Source: a virus. From it: a DNA stretch of 64,000 bases. Position numbers and translations under genes: made by a program. The DNA is taken from the IMG/VR virus record IMGVR_UViG_3300027749_000066, positions 1 to 64,000 of that record; one strand, given 5' to 3'. The number at the start of each line of letters is the position of its first letter. Position 1 is the stretch's first letter. The notes below the pieces were generated by a model. The model did not search any database, had not been told where the DNA came from, and was given only the letters and a program-made list of their open reading frames with translations. Positions 56,904 through 64,000 of the stretch are shown piece by piece.

Positions 56904-57097
56904 TGTCTGGTATTACTATTGGGAAAAATCATGAAGGTGCGTGGGTTCTTGATGCTATGTGCTTTGATGGTTATGAGACTTTTCTTCATACTATGAGATT
57001 TTATGACTATACTAAAGCTGAAGCTATCAAGTTGTTTAAGTCTCATTGCTTAGAAGAAGGGTTGAAAATTTTAACTTCGGAGGATGAATATGTCTAA
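56903..57097 (+). CDS. Hypothetical protein
   Basis: TAATG overlap; FYDYTKAEAIKLF motif. Confidence 0.6.
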   Translation: MSGITIGKNHEGAWVLDAMCFDGYETFLHTMRFYDYTKAEAIKLFKSHCLEEGLKILTSEDEYV

Positions 57098-57260
57098 AGG
57101 TATGTTTCGTCAGCAAGTTACTTTAACTGTAACTTATGATCTTGAAGAGTACGATCACCCTATGTATTGGGATTGGACTGAACTTTGTGGTAGTTTTTGT
57201 CGTGTCGTGGATAGTAGTGAAGTAAATCTTGTTATTGTCGATGATGGTTCTGATTTCTAG
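57090..57260 (+). CDS. Small hypothetical protein (56 aa)
   Basis: GGAGG RBS; HPMYWDWTEL. Confidence 0.6.
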   Translation: MSKGMFRQQVTLTVTYDLEEYDHPMYWDWTELCGSFCRVVDSSEVNLVIVDDGSDF

Positions 57261-57326
57261 AGCAGAACTCAAGTGTGAATGATATAATCTTGATATATCG
57301 TTTATACGATCAGACTAAATGGAGAA

Positions 57327-57563
57327 ATGACTATTATGAGTAAGTATCTGCACACTGTTGTAGATTTTTATCTTGAGGGAGATTCTGTCCCCAAAACTGG
57401 ATATGTTGTTAGTGAACTTGATAATATTGCTAAGATTCGTGTTGAGCATGGGCCTAATCATGGCCTTTTGTTTGACGTTGAGTTTGATAATATTATCGAT
57501 GATTCTTTTGAAAGTTTTGAGTTAGAAGATCAAAAACTTTACTCTTGGTATGATGGTGAATAG
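57327..57563 (+). CDS. Hypothetical acidic protein
   Basis: TGATATAAT at 57280; GGAG RBS. Confidence 0.6.
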   Translation: MTIMSKYLHTVVDFYLEGDSVPKTGYVVSELDNIAKIRVEHGPNHGLLFDVEFDNIIDDSFESFELEDQKLYSWYDGE

Positions 57564-57682
57564 TAGCCATATTAAATTCTCCCAATATTTAGATTCATGT
57601 TGTGCGGCCGCAACATTAAGCTTTAGGTTGCGATAAACATTCACTGGCACACAATCTCGAGCTCATTCCGTGACTTTTATAA

Positions 57683-57727
57683 AACTAGGTACAACTTTTG
57701 ACAGCAACTGGTTCAATCGACTAAGGT
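57683..57727 (+). promoter_or_regulatory. Putative early promoter, copy 2
   Basis: AACTAGGT...TTGACA-18 nt-TAAGGT; aligns with 53107-53150. Confidence 0.65.
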
Positions 57728-57775
57728 ATGTAACACAAAGCGTTACTCCATTACCTACAGAAAGAAGTTGATCTT

Positions 57776-58015
57776 GTGAGAAATGTTGGGGTTGAGAATG
57801 TGATTAAAAGTTCAGATAACATTGAACTTTCGTATAATCATGAGACTCGTGATTTCGATTATCTTATTGGTAAAATTCTCCGTGAACGTAATCTTGTTCG
57901 TATTGGAGTAATCATTGCTATTGATTATTTTCATGATGGTTATCATCATGATAATGCAGTAGCAGTTCTTGACAATGGTAAGCGTATCAATTGTAGAAAG
58001 CTGGTTAAGCGATGA
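57776..58015 (+). CDS. Hypothetical protein
   Basis: First ORF after promoter copy 2. Confidence 0.55.
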   Translation: MRNVGVENVIKSSDNIELSYNHETRDFDYLIGKILRERNLVRIGVIIAIDYFHDGYHHDNAVAVLDNGKRINCRKLVKR

Positions 58016-58212
58016 GTAATCACATTTGTTCCGAGATTCAGTATAGCCATGTTCATTCAGATTTGTGTGGAATTGATCTTCACGATCAAGATTGGCGTAA
58101 TCTTTTGCACCAGGCTTTGGATGAGTGGTTGGATAAGAGTAATGGTGACGGTTGTTTCTACGTTGGTGATGTTGCTTCTTATGCTAACTCTGAGCATGAG
58201 GAGATGAACTAA
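58012..58212 (+). CDS. Hypothetical protein
   Basis: ATGA overlap. Confidence 0.6.
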   Translation: MSNHICSEIQYSHVHSDLCGIDLHDQDWRNLLHQALDEWLDKSNGDGCFYVGDVASYANSEHEEMN

Positions 58213-58373
58213 TGGGAAAGATTACAATTCCTACTGATCCCGAGTTTTCTGATGTTGTTTATGAGTGTGATACTTGCGATAAAGCTTACACTTATGAACC
58301 AAAAGATTCTTTTCAGACTTACAATGCACAATGGTTTTGTTCGGAAGAATGCGGAAAGAATGGTGGTTGGTAA
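58212..58373 (+). CDS. Small zinc-finger protein (53 aa)
   Basis: GAGGAG RBS; CDTC...FCSEEC. Confidence 0.6.
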   Translation: MGKITIPTDPEFSDVVYECDTCDKAYTYEPKDSFQTYNAQWFCSEECGKNGGW

Positions 58374-58534
58374 TGCCTGACTCTATGGATTGGGTAAAAA
58401 GTAATGTCAGAAGTTGTGATGAATGTGGCCGAGAAACTGATGCTGGCGAGTGGCCGGATTGGATAAACGGTATTTGTGAAGACTGCGATCCAAGCATTCT
58501 TTTTGATTACGATGAGGAGATTAGTAATGTCTAG
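58373..58534 (+). CDS. Small zinc-ribbon protein
   Basis: TAATG overlap; CDECG...CEDC. Confidence 0.6.
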   Translation: MPDSMDWVKSNVRSCDECGRETDAGEWPDWINGICEDCDPSILFDYDEEISNV

Positions 58535-58736
58535 TTTCGAGAAGTTCTTGGAAGATGTTGATCTTTGCCTTATGAGTAAGCTTGGACTTACTTCTAATTC
58601 TATTGGTGATGCTCCTTGGCATGATTATTTCGAAGATGAATTAGAAACAGAAGCTGCTTGTGCTTATGCTTTACATGATTATAATGACGTTGACTTTAGC
58701 GTTCTTGAAACTATCGGATTGGCGGATTACATCTAA
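58527..58736 (+). CDS. Small acidic protein
   Basis: GAGGAG RBS; DAPWHDYFEDEL. Confidence 0.65.
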   Translation: MSSFEKFLEDVDLCLMSKLGLTSNSIGDAPWHDYFEDELETEAACAYALHDYNDVDFSVLETIGLADYI

Positions 58737-59131
58737 TGAATGATGATAGAGTTGCTATTCTTATCAAAGAAGCTTTTCCTTCTATTGATTGGAATAAAGT
58801 TAATGAAGCTGATCGTGCTCTAAACTTTGAGCTTCACTTTGGTCCTTTGCCTTCTGACTATTGGAGTGAGTGTGAGCCACTCCATTATTATGAATGGAAG
58901 GGTTGGGAGAAAGCTTGTCATGATCTTTCAGAAATGCTTTCTGATCTTCCAGTTAAGATCTTTTATTCCGAAGATGCTGAATGTATTAGCATTAGCCATC
59001 CTGAAGATGATCCAGAAAATTGGACTAAGTATGAAGATAGTGATGAGTATTACTGGAGTGGATTTGATTATTGGGAATTGAATCCTTTGAAGTATGTGTT
59101 GCACAAAGAGTCCTATATGCAGATTTATTGA
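58736..59131 (+). CDS. Hypothetical acidic protein
   Basis: TAATG overlap; Trp/Glu/Asp rich. Confidence 0.65.
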   Translation: MNDDRVAILIKEAFPSIDWNKVNEADRALNFELHFGPLPSDYWSECEPLHYYEWKGWEKACHDLSEMLSDLPVKIFYSEDAECISISHPEDDPENWTKYEDSDEYYWSGFDYWELNPLKYVLHKESYMQIY

Positions 59132-59139
59132 TTGGAGTT

Positions 59140-59352
59140 ATGATGAGTAAAGCTAAGAGTCATATTGTTCAGGTTCCAATTTATCTTTATGTTGATGTGA
59201 CTGATAAGGAACTTCATGAAGATAACATTGATTTTCTTGTTGAAGAGAAAGTGATTGCTAAGTATAAGAATTCTGATGGTGAGCTTCATCTTTCTACAAA
59301 TCTTCTCATGTTTGATGACTGGGATATTTACGAAACAGAATACGAGGATTAA
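59140..59352 (+). CDS. Hypothetical acidic protein
   Basis: GGAG RBS. Confidence 0.6.
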   Translation: MMSKAKSHIVQVPIYLYVDVTDKELHEDNIDFLVEEKVIAKYKNSDGELHLSTNLLMFDDWDIYETEYED

Positions 59353-59354
59353 TT

Positions 59355-59765
59355 ATGTCTGAGGTATTGATTGGTAGTATCGGTGTTGATTCGGGTCAGA
59401 TGATGTTGTGTGATCCATGTTATATTGAATCATCTTGGAAGAAGGAAGATATTGACTTCAAAAATATTGATCAGTATGCCGGTAAGTTTAATTATGGTGG
59501 TGCCTGTCAAGCTACTCTTTCTGATAAGAGTGCAGGTATTCTTGAAGATGGTATTGGTGCTGTTTGTGCTACTGGTTTTGGTGATGGTAGTTACAATGTG
59601 TATGTTACTTACTCTGATGAAGGATCTTGGGGTAAACGTATTTCGGAAATGAGAATTGTTTTCATCGGTGATGAAGTCGAGGAAGATAATGAAGATGATA
59701 TTTGTTTTTATTGTTGTGGTGAATATTGTGATGGTGAATGTCAAAATGAGGATGAAGAAGAATGA
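59355..59765 (+). CDS. DUF4241-like protein
   Basis: GVDSGQMMLCDPCY...TGFGDGSYNVY. Confidence 0.6.
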   Translation: MSEVLIGSIGVDSGQMMLCDPCYIESSWKKEDIDFKNIDQYAGKFNYGGACQATLSDKSAGILEDGIGAVCATGFGDGSYNVYVTYSDEGSWGKRISEMRIVFIGDEVEEDNEDDICFYCCGEYCDGECQNEDEEE

Positions 59766-59974
59766 GTGTTATTGATTTGAATATTCCCCTTCAACATGAA
59801 TATGATGTTGTTGAGGGAAGTTATTGTATTGAATGCTTTAGTCCTCCAGGTTGGAGGTATGCAAATTTCTTTAATGGTCATGGTCCTTTCTGTAATAAGA
59901 AATGCTTTGCAAAGTATATTGGTATTGACTATGGAAAGCTTCCTAAGTTGAATAGAATAGGAAAGATTAAGTGA
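59762..59974 (+). CDS. Small zinc-finger protein
   Basis: CIEC...FCNKKC. Confidence 0.6.
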   Translation: MSVIDLNIPLQHEYDVVEGSYCIECFSPPGWRYANFFNGHGPFCNKKCFAKYIGIDYGKLPKLNRIGKIK

Positions 59975-60219
59975 TTACAACAAGAGTTGTTTGCGATAGG
60001 GTTTGTAAATTCTCTAATTCCTATAATATTGATTGTGTTGAGTATAATTATACTCTTCATATTCTAGTAGTTACTTTTAATACTGGGTCTACTTATCAGT
60101 ATTACGATGTTCCAGTTGATGTATTTGGTAGTATTGTTACTGCACCGTCTATTGGTAAAGCTTTTAATCAGTATGTATCTCGTCGTGAGTTTCGTTATAT
60201 CAAATTGGAGGATAAGTAA
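59971..60219 (+). CDS. KTSC domain protein
   Basis: S-x-NI-x-x-V-x-Y...L-x-V-x-F-x-x-GSTYQYYDVP...APSIGKAFN. Confidence 0.82.
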   Translation: MITTRVVCDRVCKFSNSYNIDCVEYNYTLHILVVTFNTGSTYQYYDVPVDVFGSIVTAPSIGKAFNQYVSRREFRYIKLEDK

Positions 60220-60485
60220 TGACTGTCACAATTGATGTAAATGTTCCAATCACTCTTGATGATTGGATGTGTAATCTTACTCTTGCTGATTTTGAGAGTA
60301 TGGAAGTTATTGATTCAGGTTGGACTTGTGATCTTTATGTTCATGATTTTAATCATGGCAATGGTCATAAGATTTGGCTCTCTAGAGTCGGTATTGATGG
60401 TGGTATGCCTTATGATAACGCTGTCATTATTGAGAAGTATATTGCAAATCGTTGGGTTGACGTTCTAATTTACGAAGCACTCTGA
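60219..60485 (+). CDS. Hypothetical protein
   Basis: GGAGG RBS; TAATG overlap. Confidence 0.65.
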   Translation: MTVTIDVNVPITLDDWMCNLTLADFESMEVIDSGWTCDLYVHDFNHGNGHKIWLSRVGIDGGMPYDNAVIIEKYIANRWVDVLIYEAL

Positions 60486-60499
60486 AAGGTATAACTATT

Positions 60500-60916
60500 A
60501 TGTCGCTTAATTGGGATCTTACGAAGATTAAGAATTACGAAGAATTTTGCTGGTTGAAGAATGATGATGATGATACGGTAAAACTTAATACTGCAACTGA
60601 AGCTTTGATTTGGCTTTCGATGGGTATTGGTATGAATCGTATCACTGAGGCTAATGCTGCTGAATTTTATTCAAGAGTTTCTTTGTATGAAAAGTTGAAT
60701 GGTTCTATGCGTAGTGTTTGGTATGATGATGATAGAGGTCATCAGCGTATCTTTACTTCAGAAGAAGATGTATATAATCACATTGGCTTGGGTACTAATG
60801 CAACTCCTTATACTGACGCTAAGTTTCGTAAGTTGATGTTTGACTGTGCAAATAGAGATGCTTCTCGAGCTTTCCGTGAGTATGTCAAGGAATTGAATAA
60901 GGAAGAGGTTGCATGA
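60500..60916 (+). CDS. Hypothetical phage protein
   Basis: MSLNWD...IGMNRITE-x-N-x-x-EFY-x-R...HIGL-x-TN motif. Confidence 0.72.
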   Translation: MSLNWDLTKIKNYEEFCWLKNDDDDTVKLNTATEALIWLSMGIGMNRITEANAAEFYSRVSLYEKLNGSMRSVWYDDDRGHQRIFTSEEDVYNHIGLGTNATPYTDAKFRKLMFDCANRDASRAFREYVKELNKEEVA

Positions 60917-61137
60917 GTTATATTGAGATTAGTGAAGATAATAGTAGTATCCCGGTATCAGTAACGATTGACACTGATATTGCTGGTATCGTTATTCTTG
61001 CAAGACTTTGTTTGTTTGCAAATGATATTGATATGGGTGAGGGTTATGATATGAATGATATCTATTCTCAACTTGTATCTAATCTTGAGCAGTATGGAAA
61101 TATTATCGCTTCTGAACCTATTGAATTTGAGGAGTAG
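60913..61137 (+). CDS. Hypothetical acidic protein
   Basis: ATGA overlap; GAGGT RBS. Confidence 0.6.
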   Translation: MSYIEISEDNSSIPVSVTIDTDIAGIVILARLCLFANDIDMGEGYDMNDIYSQLVSNLEQYGNIIASEPIEFEE

Positions 61138-61142
61138 TTAAA

Positions 61143-61901
61143 ATGTCCGAGTACGTTGATCTTGCGAAGCAATCTTTAAAGCATCCTAGTGATTTTGGTT
61201 GGTATGGTTTCGAAGAGATGTTTGTTACTTGGGGTTTTGCTGGCATCAATAAAGATGCACGGGATGTTATTGCTGACGTTTCTAATTGGTATTGTACTAT
61301 TGCCGAAATGAAGCGTTTGTTCCCTGATACTTATGATGAGTGTTTTTCTGAGGTTGGTCTAAGGCATTGGCTTGTTGGTCATGCTGATCAACTTTGTGTT
61401 AAGGTTTTGAGATCAGAAGTTCCTCATCATTTGATTACTGATGAAGATATTACTGATGAGTTCAAAGCTGTTGTGGATATTGCAACTTATCTTTCTAATG
61501 AGTATCCCATTCTTGATGAAGAAGATTATTCTGATCGTCAATGGAAAGCAGGTGCTGATAATATTGAGTGGTGTATTGACAATAATGTTTTCGATTGGTG
61601 TCAGTATGTTGACAATTATGTCGGTATTGGTGGTGAAGTTCAGTCTTGGCTTGCTAGCAATGATTATGATTGTGATAATTATGATGATCAGGGTGTTCCT
61701 ATTTATAACGAGGAAGAGATTCTAGAAGCTGTTTATTATCTAGGTCTTGATATTCGTTTGAATGATGATGATGCTGACATTCATAGTTTGGATGATGCTA
61801 CATCTTTTTGGCTTTCTTATGAGAGAAGTAATCCTTCGATTGCTGCTAATCGTAAGAATCGACGTTGGGAAGAAGCTGGACAATTGAAGTTGGAGGTTTG
61901 A
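61143..61901 (+). CDS. Hypothetical highly acidic phage protein
   Basis: HWLVGH...YPILDEEDYS motif; GAGGAG RBS. Confidence 0.72.
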   Translation: MSEYVDLAKQSLKHPSDFGWYGFEEMFVTWGFAGINKDARDVIADVSNWYCTIAEMKRLFPDTYDECFSEVGLRHWLVGHADQLCVKVLRSEVPHHLITDEDITDEFKAVVDIATYLSNEYPILDEEDYSDRQWKAGADNIEWCIDNNVFDWCQYVDNYVGIGGEVQSWLASNDYDCDNYDDQGVPIYNEEEILEAVYYLGLDIRLNDDDADIHSLDDATSFWLSYERSNPSIAANRKNRRWEEAGQLKLEV

Positions 61902-61902
61902 T

Positions 61903-62154
61903 ATGTCAACTATTGTGCTAGATCCTATTTTGGATATCATTGAAGATGTGACTGAGGAACTTGAATTTGAAGAGCCTACTGTTTCTCATCTTATTACCAA
62001 AGAAGATGCCATGAATGGTTATATTAATGGTGTAGCTATTACTGCACTTTGTGGCCATGTATTTGTTCCTACTAGAGATCCTAATAAGTTTCCTCTTTGT
62101 CAAAAATGTATTGAGGTTGCCAAGAATGGCTTTAACAATGGAGATGGCGAGTGA
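61903..62154 (+). CDS. DUF3039-like protein
   Basis: SH...G-x-x-ITALCGHVFVPTRDPNKFPLCQKC. Confidence 0.75.
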   Translation: MSTIVLDPILDIIEDVTEELEFEEPTVSHLITKEDAMNGYINGVAITALCGHVFVPTRDPNKFPLCQKCIEVAKNGFNNGDGE

Positions 62155-62555
62155 ATTCAAAAGATTATTTTGAAGATATCAAGTCTTTTATTGAGGCTGG
62201 TAGGAGTAATGATTTCCGAAAACTTTCTCATGAGACTTGGTATGTGAAAACCACTGATGCTTTTGACAATACTGTTTATGGTATTCAGTATCATAATACT
62301 GTTATTGCTGGTATCAAGGAAGATGGAAGTTATTTTATTAATAATGGGGGTTGGTTTAGTGCAACGACTAAAAAGAGGATTAACGAGTTTCTTCGAAAGA
62401 TTGGGTGGGATTCTGTTATTTCTCAGCGCAGTTACCAGTGGTATTTTGGTAGCGTTCATTTTAGTGGAGTTGCTTTATTTGATTGGACGAATGTTCAATT
62501 AGATAGCTCGACTATTGATTGTTTTGCTTATCCGGTTAATACGATTGGAGTTTGA
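62151..62555 (+). CDS. Hypothetical phage protein
   Basis: YHNTVIA...NGGWFSATTKKRIN motif. Confidence 0.7.
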   Translation: MNSKDYFEDIKSFIEAGRSNDFRKLSHETWYVKTTDAFDNTVYGIQYHNTVIAGIKEDGSYFINNGGWFSATTKKRINEFLRKIGWDSVISQRSYQWYFGSVHFSGVALFDWTNVQLDSSTIDCFAYPVNTIGV

Positions 62556-62557
62556 TT

Positions 62558-62695
62558 ATGGAATCGCATCCTGACTCTATTGAAGAGTGTGCTATCGGTT
62601 GTAGTAGTTGTATCTATACGACTGATGAAGATGGTAATGAGATCATTAATTATTGCAGGATTTGTTGTGAAACAATGTTGGATTGGGTTTGGTGA
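62558..62695 (+). CDS. Small Cys-rich protein (45 aa)
   Basis: GGAG RBS; C-x3-CSSC...CRICC. Confidence 0.55.
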   Translation: MESHPDSIEECAIGCSSCIYTTDEDGNEIINYCRICCETMLDWVW

Positions 62696-62703
62696 AAGGG
62701 GTT

Positions 62704-62904
62704 ATGATGGAATTTGCTGTTACTATCACTCAGACTATTTATCACACTGTTGTTATTGATGCTGATAATGCTGATGAAATTCGTCAGTTTGGTGTGAGTG
62801 ATGTTTATGATCTTATTGCTGATGGTGATGTTTCTGCTTTTGAAGATCCTTATATTTGTCATATTTACAATAATGAAACTCATGAAGAATGGATGGTTAA
62901 CTGA
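62704..62904 (+). CDS. Hypothetical acidic protein
   Basis: AAGGGG RBS; VVIDADNADE. Confidence 0.6.
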   Translation: MMEFAVTITQTIYHTVVIDADNADEIRQFGVSDVYDLIADGDVSAFEDPYICHIYNNETHEEWMVN

Positions 62905-62905
62905 T

Positions 62906-63088
62906 ATGGAAGAGCGTTACTATAAGATTGTGGTTGTCAGTGAAACTGTGACTACTTATGGTGGTTATTTTCGCAATATTGCACAAGCTTTTGTTGATTT
63001 TCAAGATGATGATCTTGATGTTGAGACTATTCATATTGGTTTTGGTGATAGCCGTATTGTTTCTATTGAGGAGTCAACCAATGACTGA
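62906..63088 (+). CDS. Hypothetical protein
   Basis: Fills operon; start ATG 62906. Confidence 0.55.
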   Translation: MEERYYKIVVVSETVTTYGGYFRNIAQAFVDFQDDDLDVETIHIGFGDSRIVSIEESTND

Positions 63089-63335
63089 AGTAATTGTGCC
63101 TGCTTGGAATAATGAAACTGCCCGTACTTTAACTAATTTTTATGCTGAAGGTGGACAGTCTGCTGTTTTTGATTATGTTCACAGGAATCATCGTGATTGG
63201 GATTGGATGTATTGTGAACCTTGTGAGTGCGAATCTCCTGTTTTTAAAGTTGAGGGAGAGAAGATTTGTGCAGTTTGCTTCACTGTATTTGAGAAGTTTT
63301 ATTTTCAGATAGGAGAGGATCTAATTGAAGTCTGA
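63081..63335 (+). CDS. Zinc-ribbon protein
   Basis: GAGGAG RBS; CEPCE...CAVC. Confidence 0.65.
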   Translation: MTEVIVPAWNNETARTLTNFYAEGGQSAVFDYVHRNHRDWDWMYCEPCECESPVFKVEGEKICAVCFTVFEKFYFQIGEDLIEV

Positions 63336-63495
63336 CGTTCTAACTTGTAGTGTTGCTAGTTATATGACTGATCAGCATGGTGTTGATAAGTATTGGCAGT
63401 GTAATCAGGTTGCTATTGATGAATGTTGTGATGCTTATTATTGTGATGATTGCATCAAGCTTCATAGAGAGTATGATACTCATGATTGTTTGTGA
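63325..63495 (+). CDS. B-box-like Cys/His protein, copy 1 (56 aa, absent from ORF track)
   Basis: GGAGAGG RBS before TTG; WQC...ECCDAYYCDDC-x3-H-x5-HDC. Confidence 0.6.
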   Translation: MKSDVLTCSVASYMTDQHGVDKYWQCNQVAIDECCDAYYCDDCIKLHREYDTHDCL

Positions 63496-63718
63496 TATGT
63501 TTAGTACTGCACAATATGCTTCAGATCCTTTTTGGCGTTGTGATATGCCTGCTGTTTATGAATGTTGTGATCGTCACTATTGTGATATTTGTTTTGATAT
63601 GCACAAGAAGTTTGTGCGTCATGATTGTTATTGCTGTGAGAATACTGGAGTTGTTGTAAATAAGGTTGGTCTTATTAATATCGGTCAGGCTTGCGTTCTA
63701 TGTGAAGGAGATGTGTGA
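63482..63718 (+). CDS. B-box-like Cys/His protein, copy 2, with extra zinc ribbon
   Basis: WRC...ECCDRHYCDIC-x3-H-x5-HDC; start moved to ATG 63482. Confidence 0.6.
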   Translation: MIVCDMFSTAQYASDPFWRCDMPAVYECCDRHYCDICFDMHKKFVRHDCYCCENTGVVVNKVGLINIGQACVLCEGDV

Positions 63719-64000
63719 TGGGTGCAGAAAGTTTTTATTGTGAGTTTCAAGGTGAGACTTTGCAAGAAGCTTTTGATAATGCTGTCAAAGATGCTTATTA
63801 CTGGCATGGTCATGCTGGCTATACAGGTACGATTTGCGAAAAAGATCAAGTTGTGGCTTTTCGTAATATTCCAAATCCAACTTCTGATGAGGCACATAAG
63901 TTTTATGCTGCATTGGATATGAGTTGGCAGGAAACTTCTGAACTTCTTGTTGAGAAATTTGGTGAGGAAGTAGCTACCGAAATGTGTAACGCATACAATG
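63718..64000 (+). CDS. Hypothetical phage protein, truncated by window end
   Basis: AAGGAG RBS, TGATG overlap; MGAESF...EAF...HGHAGYTGTICEK; open to the window edge. Confidence 0.65.
   Translation, partial: MGAESFYCEFQGETLQEAFDNAVKDAYYWHGHAGYTGTICEKDQVVAFRNIPNPTSDEAHKFYAALDMSWQETSELLVEKFGEEVATEMCNAYN

Noticed and set aside
63377-63922. ORF-track calls 63377 (extended start) and 63722..63922
   Set aside because: Other frames (63325..63495, 63482..63718, 63718..end) have RBSs, coupled overlaps and coherent motifs.

Overview
A 64-kb, AT-rich segment of a large tailed dsDNA phage (siphovirus-type), with every credible gene on the + strand. Two WhiB proteins, an Rpf domain, a DUF3039-like protein, an M.AluI-like methylase and leaderless-type promoters point to an actinobacterial host. 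Gene order: collagen/fibre/adhesin cluster (1-8.3 kb); multidomain prohead protease-scaffold and major capsid protein; HNH and C5 methylase inserts; head-tail joining and tail genes, including a -1 frameshifted chaperone and a tape measure of about 2150 aa; holin; replication/recombination block (DnaB, DnaG, SSB, DnaE, RecA, Cas4-like, RuvC-like); terminase; a stand-alone secreted Rpf; then a probable early region of small acidic and Cys-rich ORFs behind two related promoters. No portal, endolysin, tRNA or CRISPR array was recognised. Most notable: (1) a complete Dps/mini-ferritin domain and other modules inside the prohead protease-scaffold polyprotein, separated by recurring hydrophobic-x-Lys sites, suggesting a capsid cargo-loading system; (2) a signal-peptide-bearing Rpf; (3) a 244-codon stretch of dnaE with no A-ending codon; (4) recursively nested domains in virion fibres; (5) CCWGG avoidance through Pro-Gly codon choice; (6) HNH cassettes flanked by duplicated host-gene sequence. 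All family assignments are from motif recognition by eye; no searches were run.
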